In this document: one piece after another, positions 19,369-29,112 of the stretch
How the letters are laid out: each line of letters begins with the position of its first letter
How positions within the stretch are numbered: the stretch's first letter is position 1
Assembly (NCBI GenBank): GCA_964640635.1
Contig: CAZXFD010000001.1
Span: 96,163 to 160,162 of the forward strand
From: an uncultured Gammaproteobacteria bacterium
Lineage (GTDB): Bacteria > Patescibacteriota > Patescibacteriia > UBA1558 > S5-K13
Length of the DNA stretch: 64,000 nt
Direction of reading: 5' to 3'
Made by a program: the position numbers and the translations under genes
The notes under the pieces: generated by a model
What the model was told of the DNA's origin: nothing
Database searches by the model: none
What the model saw: only the letters and a program-made list of their open reading frames with translations

Positions 19369-22300
19369 ATGCAGATTAAAAAGATTTTTGAAAAATTCTT
19401 AATTTTTTCGCCTTTAGTATTTTTATTATTTATTATTATTTATGTGTCAGCAGCCACTATAGAACTTTCTAATACTCCTGATGTAAATCTTTATACAACG
19501 GATGGTACTGTTAATTCTATAGTTACAGATTCAGAAAATGACAAAATATATATTGGTGGAGACTTTAGTTATGTTGGTCCTTATGCTGGGAAAGCCGTTG
19601 TGGTAGATTTAGATACAGGTGTTTTAATAAATGCGGGTTTGGATATAACTGGATCTGTTTATGCGGCTATTTCAGATGGGAAAGGGGGTCTGTATATAGG
19701 TGGGGATTTTACTGCTATAAATGGATACAATATAAATACCTTGGCTCATATAAATTCTGATTATACATTGGATACAAATTTTTCTTTTGATATAAGTGGT
19801 GTTGCTCTTGCTTTATATTTTTATAATAATACCGATTTATATGTTGGAGGAGATTTTGTTAGTATAAATGGATCAACAGCATCTAATTTAATTTTAATAG
19901 ATGCAAATAAAAATTTATTGAATTCGGATGTTTATCCAGATATTAGTGGTTCTGTTTTTTCTTTGTTAGGTGTTGCAGAGGATTTATATATAGGAGGAGG
20001 ATTTAATAGTGTAAATACAGTGCCTACAAAAGGTATAGCAAAAATGAGCTTGAATACTAAAGTTTTTGATGAAAATTTTAGTATTAATCCAACTGATGGG
20101 GCTGTGTATGCACTCATTCAAGATGGACCTTTTATATATTTTGCAGGGGACTTTGAAAAAGTGGGAGAGTTATCAATTTCTAAATTGGGTAGATTTATGA
20201 TTGAAGATGCAAAATTTGATAGCGAATTTAGTATAGACACTAATGATATTAACGCAATCAAGAGCGTAGTTATGAATGAGCAAGATATTTATTTGGGAGG
20301 TGATTTTAGTATAAAAAATGATAGCATAAAGAATCTAGCAAAAGTTGATAGAAATACTTTATTTATTGATTCTAATTTTAACTATGATTTAGATGGGACT
20401 GTAAATAAAATGTTAATTCAAGATGATTATTTATATGCTGTAGGAAAATTTGGAAATATAAATTCTCCATATATTATAAAAATTAAAATAGGTGATGGTA
20501 CAATAGATGGATCATTCCATCCCAATCCAAATGATAGTATAAACACCATTGTTTCAATAGAGGATAATATTTTTTTAGGCGGTGCTTTTAATCGTATCTG
20601 TGGAGAGAGTATTTCTAATTTAGCAAGAATTGATTCAATAACAGGTATAGTGGATAGGAATTTCAATCTTGGTGTAAATGGGGCTGTAAATACAATGGCT
20701 TTAGCTAACGATAGTTTATATATTGGTGGAGATTTTCTTGAGGTGAATGGAAGCGCATCTCCTTATTTAGCAAAAATTAATAACCAAACAGGAGAGTCGA
20801 CAAAAGATTTTTCAGTTTCTTTAAATGCACCAGTAAAGACATTAATTGCTCATAATAATAATTTATATATTGGTGGAGAATTCGAATTAAAATTATTAGT
20901 TGTAGATGCTTTAACAGGAGAAAAGAGCCTATCCTCTGAAGCGGTTTTGGATGGCCCAGTTTATTCAATGGCAATGTCTGAAAACGGATTGTATGTTGGA
21001 GGCAATTTTACTAATAAAATCGCATTGATAGATTTAAATACAGGGGCTTTTGTAAATGGTTTTAAAGCAAATGTAAATGGAATTGTAAATGCAATAAGTG
21101 TAGATGATGATGCGATGTATATTGGCGGGGATTTTCTTCAGGTAGATGGAAGCGCATCTCCTTATTTAGCAAAAATTAATAATCAAACAGGAGAGTTGAT
21201 AAAAGATTTTTCAGTTTTTCCAGATGCATCAGTCAAAACATTAATGCTTCACAGAGATAATTTATATGTTGGTGGTACGTTTTCTCAAATAGGATCTAAA
21301 AATATTTCAGGATTAGCTAAAATAGATATAAGCACAGAAGAAAGTGGTGTGGATGATGCATTTGTTATTAATCCAGATGGTGGAGTAAATGCATTGGGTA
21401 TAAATGATAATAATTTATATGTTGGAGGAGATTTTAGTTTTGTTGGTGCTTATCGTACTCCATCTTTCGCTAGTTTTTCTTGGTTAGATAAGACCCCTCC
21501 AGTAATAACAATTATAGGAGAAAGTAATGTAAGTATAGAACAGAATTCTTTGTATCAAGATCCTGGTGCTATGGCCTTAGATAATAACAATCAAGATATT
21601 ACAAGTCTTATTGTGACATCTGGTTTGGTTAATACTGCTATCCCAGGTTCATACATAATAAGATATTCTGTCACAGATTCGTCTGGGAGAACATCTACGA
21701 TAGAAAGAAATGTTGAAGTTATCAAATCGACTACTTCTAGCGGTGGGGGATTGCCACCAGAGGCATCTTTAGCACCAATAAACCCAAAGCCAACGGAAAA
21801 TAATCCAGACGGCAAACTTAATTTTATTATAAATAAAAATGAAAAAATAACATATTCCAATCTCGTGACTTTGCAATTTTTTGCAAATTCAGATGTGAGT
21901 AAATTGGCTATTTCAGAAGATAAAGAATTTAAAAATGCTTCTTTAGATGCATATTCAGAAACAAAGCAAATTAAACTCTCCGAGGATTATGGTGAAAAGA
22001 CTGTGTATGTAAAATTTTATACGAAATATGGAGTTTCTTCAGATCCAATATCAAAAACCATTGTATTTGCAAAGGAAAATATTAGTCCAGTAGTTATTCA
22101 AGAAATAAAGCAAAGTATTAATAGCATAACAAGAGATATTAGCTCTGCAAAAGCCATTATAATAGCAAAACCCGTTGTTTCATCACCAAGCTCTACTTTG
22201 AGTCAGGATATCAGTTTAACAAAAGAAATTAAAGCTAATATTAGTGACAGTGTAGATAAAATTGAAAAATCAAAGAATTTGATTGAAAAATCTATTACAA

Positions 22301-22656
22301 ACTCTACAATTCAACAAGCCCCCATATCTTCAAAAACTAAAGAAGTAAAGAAAATTGTTGGCAAAATAGACTCTAATATTAAAGAAATAAAAAACGTTAT
22401 TTTGGAAACAAAAAATAGTGAGCCTATTAAATTAGAGACAAAAGAAAAAATAGAAAAAAATCTTAATGATATCAAAAAAAATACACAAGCTATAGAAGTT
22501 GTTATTAAAAAATCACAAGTTAGTTCAAATGGACCCCATATTGTTGTAAATAATACAAAGATAAACAATCAAAATAATAAAGAAAATAAAGCGTTAAAAA
22601 CTATAAACAGTTTTATAAGAAGTTGGAAGGGTTTTCTAGGAAAAATATTTAGATAA
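19369..22656 (+). CDS. Large cell-surface protein: signal/TM segment, ~12 delta-60-like beta-propeller repeats, DUF5011-like Ig domain, Ser/Lys-rich low-complexity tail
   Basis: Repeated (L)YIGGDF...NG...LAKI units of ~55-60 aa. PPVITIIGESNVSIEQNSLYQDPGAMALDNNNQDITS...GSYIIRYSVTDSSGRTST resembles DUF5011. Confidence 0.6.
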   Translation: MQIKKIFEKFLIFSPLVFLLFIIIYVSAATIELSNTPDVNLYTTDGTVNSIVTDSENDKIYIGGDFSYVGPYAGKAVVVDLDTGVLINAGLDITGSVYAAISDGKGGLYIGGDFTAINGYNINTLAHINSDYTLDTNFSFDISGVALALYFYNNTDLYVGGDFVSINGSTASNLILIDANKNLLNSDVYPDISGSVFSLLGVAEDLYIGGGFNSVNTVPTKGIAKMSLNTKVFDENFSINPTDGAVYALIQDGPFIYFAGDFEKVGELSISKLGRFMIEDAKFDSEFSIDTNDINAIKSVVMNEQDIYLGGDFSIKNDSIKNLAKVDRNTLFIDSNFNYDLDGTVNKMLIQDDYLYAVGKFGNINSPYIIKIKIGDGTIDGSFHPNPNDSINTIVSIEDNIFLGGAFNRICGESISNLARIDSITGIVDRNFNLGVNGAVNTMALANDSLYIGGDFLEVNGSASPYLAKINNQTGESTKDFSVSLNAPVKTLIAHNNNLYIGGEFELKLLVVDALTGEKSLSSEAVLDGPVYSMAMSENGLYVGGNFTNKIALIDLNTGAFVNGFKANVNGIVNAISVDDDAMYIGGDFLQVDGSASPYLAKINNQTGELIKDFSVFPDASVKTLMLHRDNLYVGGTFSQIGSKNISGLAKIDISTEESGVDDAFVINPDGGVNALGINDNNLYVGGDFSFVGAYRTPSFASFSWLDKTPPVITIIGESNVSIEQNSLYQDPGAMALDNNNQDITSLIVTSGLVNTAIPGSYIIRYSVTDSSGRTSTIERNVEVIKSTTSSGGGLPPEASLAPINPKPTENNPDGKLNFIINKNEKITYSNLVTLQFFANSDVSKLAISEDKEFKNASLDAYSETKQIKLSEDYGEKTVYVKFYTKYGVSSDPISKTIVFAKENISPVVIQEIKQSINSITRDISSAKAIIIAKPVVSSPSSTLSQDISLTKEIKANISDSVDKIEKSKNLIEKSITNSTIQQAPISSKTKEVKKIVGKIDSNIKEIKNVILETKNSEPIKLETKEKIEKNLNDIKKNTQAIEVVIKKSQVSSNGPHIVVNNTKINNQNNKENKALKTINSFIRSWKGFLGKIFR

Positions 22657-22665
22657 TCTTACATT

Positions 22666-24393
22666 ATGTTTAAAAAAGTAATTTTTTTAATAGTAGCTTT
22701 TTTTATATTTCCGATTATTATTTTCGCAAGAGAAAATGTAAATGATTGGTATATAAAAGATTTTAAAATAGAAATTCAATTGAATACTGACTCATCAGCT
22801 CTTATTACGGAATATATTACAGCAGACTGTGGAAATGCTAGAGATAAGCACGGTATTTTTAGAGTTTTGCCAATAAATATTAATACCGGTGAAAAAATTA
22901 TACAAATGCCAATAGAGCTTATTAGTATTACGGATTTTAGTGGCAAGCCATATAAGTATCAAGTATCTCAAAATGTTGAAACAAAGATAATTACCTGGAA
23001 AATTGGTGACGCCAACATTTCTGTAAAAGGAGAAAATTATTACAAAATTATTTACAAGGTTCAAAATGTGATTTATAGTCAAGAAAATTTTGATGAATTT
23101 TATTATAATATTTTAGGTGCTTATTGGGATTTAGAAATTGATAATTTTAATGCAAAAATTATTTTACCAAAAGAAATAACCCTAAAGGATGTGCTAGTAG
23201 ATTATTATACGGGAGCTTCTCTTTCAAAAAACAAGGATTTGGCAACTTATAGTTGGTTGGATGAAAATACTATTGAATTTAATTCAGTGAGAATGATTCC
23301 AAAAGCAAATGGTATTACTGTTTCATTATCTATGCCAAAAAATATTTTTACCATTTATTCTGGTAATTTTGAACAAATAAATTATTTAAATGACAAAGAT
23401 AAAGGCTTTCTACCTCTATTATTGACTTATAAAATTATTATTTTTGATTTTTTATTTTCGATATTTGCCTTAATATTTTGTTTGTATATATGGAAAAAAT
23501 ATGGAGATGATGCAAAAGACAAGAGAACAATCATAGCTGAATATGATGTTCCCGATAATTTAGATCCAATACTTTTTGGATCTTTATTTAAGCAGGGAGG
23601 TTTTAAAAATGAATTTATAACAGCCGCTATTATAAATTTTGCGGTTAAAGGAACTATAAAAATTGAAGAAATTGAAAAGGATAACATTGTTTTGCATGGA
23701 AAGGATTATATTCTTCATAGATTAGACAATAAGCAAGCAGAAGATTCTTTAAGCCCCATAGAAAAGGAGTTGTTTTTTAAATTATTTAATAATAATGATA
23801 AATCCGTTAAAGCGTCTTCTTTAAGGAATAAATTTTATAAAGATGTTGCTATTTTGAAAAAAAATACACGCAAAGCTTTAATAGATTTGGGTTATATTGA
23901 AAAAATAGGTTTTAAATGGCAACTTATTTTTTTGATTATTGCCGGAATTTCTTTTTTATTTGGTATTTTTTTTGTAGCAATAATTTTTGTAATTTTTGCT
24001 TCTATAATGCCAAGGAAAACAAAAAAAGGTGTTAGCACGCTAAGAGATATAAAGGGATTAAAGCTTTATATGACTGTTGCAGAAAAAGATAGACAAAGAT
24101 TTTATGAAAAAGAAAATATTTTTGAAAAATTATTACCATATGCAATTGTCTTTGGAATGACGACTTTATGGATAGAAAAAATGAAAAATATTTATGGGGT
24201 AGAGCAATTTAATACTATGATTCCAGCATGGTATATTGGTAATAATTTAAATTTTAAGGGCATTGATTCATTTACAATCAGTTTTAATAGGGTTGTCTCT
24301 GGTGTGTCAAGTTCTCCACATAGCTCTAGTGGTGCCAGTGGAGGAGGATTCTCTGGTGGTGGAGGAGGTGGTGGGGGTGGTGGGGGTTGGTAA
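22666..24393 (+). CDS. DUF2207 family membrane protein with glycine-rich C-terminus
   Basis: N-terminal signal, large extracytoplasmic domain, TM helices. Poly-Gly tail SGGGGGGGGGGGW, characteristic of DUF2207 proteins. Confidence 0.6.
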   Translation: MFKKVIFLIVAFFIFPIIIFARENVNDWYIKDFKIEIQLNTDSSALITEYITADCGNARDKHGIFRVLPININTGEKIIQMPIELISITDFSGKPYKYQVSQNVETKIITWKIGDANISVKGENYYKIIYKVQNVIYSQENFDEFYYNILGAYWDLEIDNFNAKIILPKEITLKDVLVDYYTGASLSKNKDLATYSWLDENTIEFNSVRMIPKANGITVSLSMPKNIFTIYSGNFEQINYLNDKDKGFLPLLLTYKIIIFDFLFSIFALIFCLYIWKKYGDDAKDKRTIIAEYDVPDNLDPILFGSLFKQGGFKNEFITAAIINFAVKGTIKIEEIEKDNIVLHGKDYILHRLDNKQAEDSLSPIEKELFFKLFNNNDKSVKASSLRNKFYKDVAILKKNTRKALIDLGYIEKIGFKWQLIFLIIAGISFLFGIFFVAIIFVIFASIMPRKTKKGVSTLRDIKGLKLYMTVAEKDRQRFYEKENIFEKLLPYAIVFGMTTLWIEKMKNIYGVEQFNTMIPAWYIGNNLNFKGIDSFTISFNRVVSGVSSSPHSSSGASGGGFSGGGGGGGGGGGW

Positions 24394-24438
24394 AAATTAG
24401 AAAACATTAATATTTTCTAATTCTGATAAGGTAAATAT

Positions 24439-25191
24439 ATGAAAATTAACAAAAAATTACCATTGTTTTTGCATAATGAAAAAGACAATGAAATATTTCA
24501 GATTGTTGTTTCTTGTATTCCCAAAAATACAAAAATTTATTTAGTAGGCGGTGCTATAAGAAACGCAATTTATTATAAATATTTTAAGAAAATATTACCA
24601 CAAAGAGATTTTGATATGTTGTTGGTGGGAGATTTTTATAATTTTATAAAAAATCTTAGAGCAAGTGGTTTTATATATGGAAAAATAAGAAGGAAAGAAA
24701 TGGTTGTTTTAAAGATAAAGAGAGTTCCTAAGCCAGAAGATATTTTTAGGGATTATTTGTATTTAGATATTTGTTCATCAAAAGAAAAAACTCCTAAAAA
24801 AATTGCTAGTAATTCTAATTTTACTATTAACGGTTCAATGATATTGTTAAAAAATATTTTTAAAGAAAATTGGTTTGAAAAGATTATATCTTCTCCAGGA
24901 TCATTACAGGATTTAAAAAATAAAAAATTAAAGGTAAACAATATAAGCCACCCTGCTAATTTATTTGCATGTCTTAGATTTATGCATCTAGGATTTAAGC
25001 AACCCACAAAAGAAGATGTGGATTTGCTTTTAAAGAATTTAGGTACTATAGAAAAATGGCGTTATCCTAGAAATATAAAAAAATTATTTAGCTATGTTGG
25101 GGGAGAGAAAAATGCAAGAAAATTAGCAAAAAAGCTTGGTATAAAACAAGACATTTTTGATTTTAAAATAGTTAAAACTTTGAATAAATAA
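24439..25191 (+). CDS. Nucleotidyltransferase of the CCA-adding / poly(A) polymerase head-domain family (minimal form)
   Basis: YLVGGAIRNAIYY ... RDFDMLLVGD corresponds to the GGxVRD ... DxD motif of the PolyA_pol head domain. Confidence 0.45.
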   Translation: MKINKKLPLFLHNEKDNEIFQIVVSCIPKNTKIYLVGGAIRNAIYYKYFKKILPQRDFDMLLVGDFYNFIKNLRASGFIYGKIRRKEMVVLKIKRVPKPEDIFRDYLYLDICSSKEKTPKKIASNSNFTINGSMILLKNIFKENWFEKIISSPGSLQDLKNKKLKVNNISHPANLFACLRFMHLGFKQPTKEDVDLLLKNLGTIEKWRYPRNIKKLFSYVGGEKNARKLAKKLGIKQDIFDFKIVKTLNK

Positions 25192-25229
25192 CATTTTACT
25201 TTTTATTCTATTTATGACAAAATAAGGCA

Positions 25230-25520
25230 ATGGTTATTAAAATACACAAATCATATATTTCACTTATAATAACGGCCCTAGTAATAGTTAGTTTTATGGT
25301 GTCAATTATTAGAAATCAAGAAAAAGAACAAGAAGTTCAGATTTCTGGCGGTGTTATAAGACTTGACAGTGGCTTTTCTATTTCGGGAAAAATTCAAAAT
25401 GCATCTTCAGGAGTTCAAGATATGAAAGTTAGCGGTAGTGGCTTTCAGGGTGCCAATTCAAATTTACAAAGCGCTTCATACGGCACTTTTACAAATACAC
25501 AGAACCTAAATATACGATAA
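25230..25520 (+). CDS. Small secreted or membrane-anchored hypothetical protein
   Basis: ORF track only. N-terminal TM segment. Gly/Ser-rich. Confidence 0.3.
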   Translation: MVIKIHKSYISLIITALVIVSFMVSIIRNQEKEQEVQISGGVIRLDSGFSISGKIQNASSGVQDMKVSGSGFQGANSNLQSASYGTFTNTQNLNIR

Positions 25521-25524
25521 TTAT

Positions 25525-26283
25525 ATGAAACAAGAAATTATTAGAAGTACAAATAATGAAAAAATAAAATATCTAAAAAAGCTTCAGGACAAAAAGACAA
25601 GAAATGAGGACGATCTTTTTTTTGTTGAAAGCTTGACTACAATTTATGACACGATTGAGTTTGGTATTTTGCCAAAGGAATTATTTATAAGAGAGGATTT
25701 ATTAGACAAAAATGGTGAAGATATTAATTTTATCTTATCAAAAGTAGAAACTTTTCACATTATGAATCAAAGGGTAAATGATTATATTTCTTCCCTAACA
25801 ACTTCCTCGGGAATTTATGCTATATATGACAAGATAAATAGAGACATTGATTTTAAAAGTAATACTATTTACTTAAATGGAATAAATGATCCTGGAAATA
25901 TGGGAACAATACTCAGGACCTCTCTTGCATTTGGGTTTTATAATATCGTTGTAGATGATACCTGTGTAGATATTTATAATCCAAAGGTAATAAATGCCAG
26001 CAAGGATTCTATTTTTAAGCTAAACATTTCTTTTGATAAAGATCTAGAAGTATTTCAAAAAATAAAAAAAGAAATGAAAATTTATTCTACTGTTATGACA
26101 GGCGGAATACTACCAGAAAAAATAAAAGACAAAATATATTGTATTGTTTTTGGAAATGAAGCAAATGGTATAAGTCAAGAAATACTTGATAAATCAGATG
26201 GAGTCATTTCTTTAAGTATTGATAAAATTGAATCTCTTAATGTCGCAATAAGTGCAGGAATAATTTTGTATGAATTAAGATAG
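25525..26283 (+). CDS. SpoU/TrmH-family RNA 2'-O-methyltransferase
   Basis: GINDPGNMGTILRTSLAFGF matches the SPOUT motif (DPGNLG.I.R.A.AFG). C-terminal GNEANGIS and LNVA... motifs also present. Confidence 0.7.
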   Translation: MKQEIIRSTNNEKIKYLKKLQDKKTRNEDDLFFVESLTTIYDTIEFGILPKELFIREDLLDKNGEDINFILSKVETFHIMNQRVNDYISSLTTSSGIYAIYDKINRDIDFKSNTIYLNGINDPGNMGTILRTSLAFGFYNIVVDDTCVDIYNPKVINASKDSIFKLNISFDKDLEVFQKIKKEMKIYSTVMTGGILPEKIKDKIYCIVFGNEANGISQEILDKSDGVISLSIDKIESLNVAISAGIILYELR

Positions 26284-26466
26284 TTATAATTGATAAAGTT
26301 TTTATAATTGTTAATATCAAAATATGAAAAACCTCATATTAATATCATTGCATCATAATACAAGATCTTTTTGAGAAGGCTGTTATTTTTATTTTTTATA
26401 AATATAAAATTCCCTTCTCACGGGGGATTTTTTTTGTAAATTATGATTTATTATTAAGTAACTTAT

Positions 26467-27180
26467 ATGAAAAAAAATTTATTATTTACTACTTTAACAC
26501 ATGGCGATGAATTAATAGGGCTTAATGTTATTAAAAAATTGCAAGTCATAAATAAGAAAAATAAAATCAACTATATTATTTCTAACCCAAAAGCATTTTC
26601 TAAAAATGTCAGATTTATAGATTCTGATTTAAATAGAGTCTTTCCTGGTAAGAAAAATGGAGATTATGAACAGAGGAGGGCATATTTTATTAAAAATTTA
26701 GGAAAACAATATAAGCAGGTCATAGATTTGCATGGAACAGTCTCAAATACAGGGATATTTATTATAATAACCAAATTAACAAAAAAGAATTTATTATTAG
26801 CTATAAAATTAGATATAAAAAGGATTGTAATTTGGACAGATGTTAGTGAGGTAACTGGGTCTCTTTCAACTTTTATGTCTAGTGGCATTGAAATTGAATG
26901 TGGTCCTAAAAATAGAGTCAAAACTCAAGAAGATTTATTTAATAAGTTGAATAAATTCTTAAATAATAAAAACGATATTGATGTAGAAAAAGAGCTTAGC
27001 AAAAGAAACATTTTTATTGTTTTTGGAAAGCTAGAAAAAACTAAAAAGAAACCAGTGGATTTAAAGGATTGGAAAAAAAGTAATGATTATTATCCATTAT
27101 TCGTTGATCAATACAAAGATGTTTGGTGTTATAAGTTAAGGAGAATGAAAAACAAAGAATTATTAGATTCATTAAGATAA
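26467..27180 (+). CDS. Succinylglutamate desuccinylase / aspartoacylase (AstE/AspA) family zinc hydrolase-like protein
   Basis: N-terminal LLFTTLTHGDELIG (H-G-x-E zinc motif). Weak overall similarity. Confidence 0.4.
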   Translation: MKKNLLFTTLTHGDELIGLNVIKKLQVINKKNKINYIISNPKAFSKNVRFIDSDLNRVFPGKKNGDYEQRRAYFIKNLGKQYKQVIDLHGTVSNTGIFIIITKLTKKNLLLAIKLDIKRIVIWTDVSEVTGSLSTFMSSGIEIECGPKNRVKTQEDLFNKLNKFLNNKNDIDVEKELSKRNIFIVFGKLEKTKKKPVDLKDWKKSNDYYPLFVDQYKDVWCYKLRRMKNKELLDSLR

Positions 27181-27252
27181 GTTATCGTATTTTTATTTAT
27201 TTATATATTCTAATCTGTTATAATTAATTTATATAATTATTAAAAATAATTT

Positions 27253-28572
27253 ATGTTTGAAACTTTGGTGGGAAAATTATTACTTTCACTTTTATTTGGT
27301 GCTGCTATTGGACTAGAGCGTGAAAATAGTAATCAGGGTATAGGATCTGCTGGTGGTGTGCGCACATATGCAATGATAGGTCTTCTTGGATCTATAGCGG
27401 GCGTTCTTTATTCTAGTCAGTTGTCTTTATTTGCACTTCTTGTATCGGGTGCATTTTTTGTTTTACTTATTTCTTCTTATTTAATGAGTTCTATTATTAC
27501 CAAAGATTTAGGACTGACAAGTGAGTTAGCTATTTTATTTACTTTTTTAATGGGCTTGCTTATAACACTTAATATTTTGCCACTTTATTTAATTATAGCT
27601 TTGTTTGTAGTGGTGATTTTGATTTTGTCTGTAAAAGCAACAACCCAAAAAATTACCCAAAATGTTTCAAAAAAAGAATTGCAGTCTTTCATAAGTTATG
27701 CAATCATAGCTTTGATCGTTTTGCCATTTTTACCAAATTTTGGATATAAGTTAATAGACATTCCATTTTTAGCTCAAATATTTGCAAGTCTCAATGTTGA
27801 TCTCGGAAAGTTTGCCGTGATTGAACTTATTAATCCAAGAAAAATATGGATGGTTGTAGTTTTGATTACTGGAATAGATCTTTTTGGGTATTTATTAGGA
27901 AGACTTATTGGTAATAAAAGTAGTTTTAGTCTTACAAGTTTTGTAGGAGGTTTTGTTTCTTCAACATCTACAACCCAGTCTTTAGCTCAAAGAAGTAAGA
28001 AATCATTGACCGTTAATTATTTATTGGGCGCTGCTATTTTAGCAAACCTTGCAAGTTTCTTCCAAATCTTTTTATTAGTCGGTCCACTTAATGCAGCATG
28101 GCTTATATCTATTCTACCTAGCATTTTAATAATGATAATAACTGCTGCTATCATAGCTACTATATTTTTACGTAAAAAAGAAAAAGAGAAAAAGCAAAAA
28201 GAGGCAGAGGAAAAGGATGGTAAAATATTTGCACTTATGCCAGCACTTAAGTTTGCAGGAATTTTGATAGTTGTAAAAATTGTTACAAAGGTGTGTTTAG
28301 TTTTATTTGGCAAAGCAGGTTTTGTAATAAGTTCTATAATAGCTTCTTTCACAGGACTAGATGCAATACTTGTTTCTCTTGCTGAAATGGCAGGTCGTGA
28401 CATTACGTTTCAATTTGCAACGTTTGTATTTTTACTTGTAAATGCTACAAATTTATTTAGCAAGAGTATTTTTTCTTATACTCAGGGAAGTCGTAAATTT
28501 GCGCTTAGATTTTTTGTATCAGCTCTAATAATAGTAGGGGTTAGTTTTTTGGGATTAATTTTTGTTAAGTAA
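27253..28572 (+). CDS. MgtC/SapB-family membrane protein fused to DUF4010
   Basis: LLLSLLFGAAIGLEREN (MgtC signature) and GVRTYAMIGLLGS. About 12 TM helices. Length consistent with an MgtC + DUF4010 fusion. Confidence 0.65.
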   Translation: MFETLVGKLLLSLLFGAAIGLERENSNQGIGSAGGVRTYAMIGLLGSIAGVLYSSQLSLFALLVSGAFFVLLISSYLMSSIITKDLGLTSELAILFTFLMGLLITLNILPLYLIIALFVVVILILSVKATTQKITQNVSKKELQSFISYAIIALIVLPFLPNFGYKLIDIPFLAQIFASLNVDLGKFAVIELINPRKIWMVVVLITGIDLFGYLLGRLIGNKSSFSLTSFVGGFVSSTSTTQSLAQRSKKSLTVNYLLGAAILANLASFFQIFLLVGPLNAAWLISILPSILIMIITAAIIATIFLRKKEKEKKQKEAEEKDGKIFALMPALKFAGILIVVKIVTKVCLVLFGKAGFVISSIIASFTGLDAILVSLAEMAGRDITFQFATFVFLLVNATNLFSKSIFSYTQGSRKFALRFFVSALIIVGVSFLGLIFVK

Positions 28573-28587
28573 TTAATTTAAAAAAAT

Positions 28588-29067
28588 ATGAAATCAAAAA
28601 TATTAAAGCTAGTTATTTCAATACTAATTTGTCAGGCCGCTGGTTTTTTAGGATCTATTTTTACAACTCCAAAAATAGCCACTTGGTATGCCGGTGTTGT
28701 AAAGCCATCTTTTAATCCACCAAATTATCTTTTTGGTCCTGTTTGGACACTCCTATTTATTTTAATGGGAATTTCTCTTTATATTATTTGGATAAGTAAA
28801 TTTAAAGATAAGGCTTATAAAAAAGAAGTAATTACAATATTCGCCATACAGCTTATTTTAAATATTTTTTGGTCAATATTATTTTTTGGATTAGAATCTC
28901 CAATGCTTGCATTTTTTGAAATAATGGCTTTGTGGATTTCTATACTTGCAACTATAATTGGATTTTACAAGATTTCAAGGATTGCATCATTTATTTTAAT
29001 TCCATATATATTATGGGTAAGTTTTGCATCAGTATTGAACTTTTTTATTTGGAAATTGAATTTTTAG
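28588..29067 (+). CDS. tspO: TspO/MBR family protein (second paralogue)
   Basis: WYAGVVKPSFNPPNYLFGPVWTLLFILMG matches the TspO signature. Confidence 0.75.
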   Translation: MKSKILKLVISILICQAAGFLGSIFTTPKIATWYAGVVKPSFNPPNYLFGPVWTLLFILMGISLYIIWISKFKDKAYKKEVITIFAIQLILNIFWSILFFGLESPMLAFFEIMALWISILATIIGFYKISRIASFILIPYILWVSFASVLNFFIWKLNF

Positions 29068-29112
29068 TATATTTTCAATATAATTAGTCAGTAATAAATA
29101 ATTTTTATAAAT

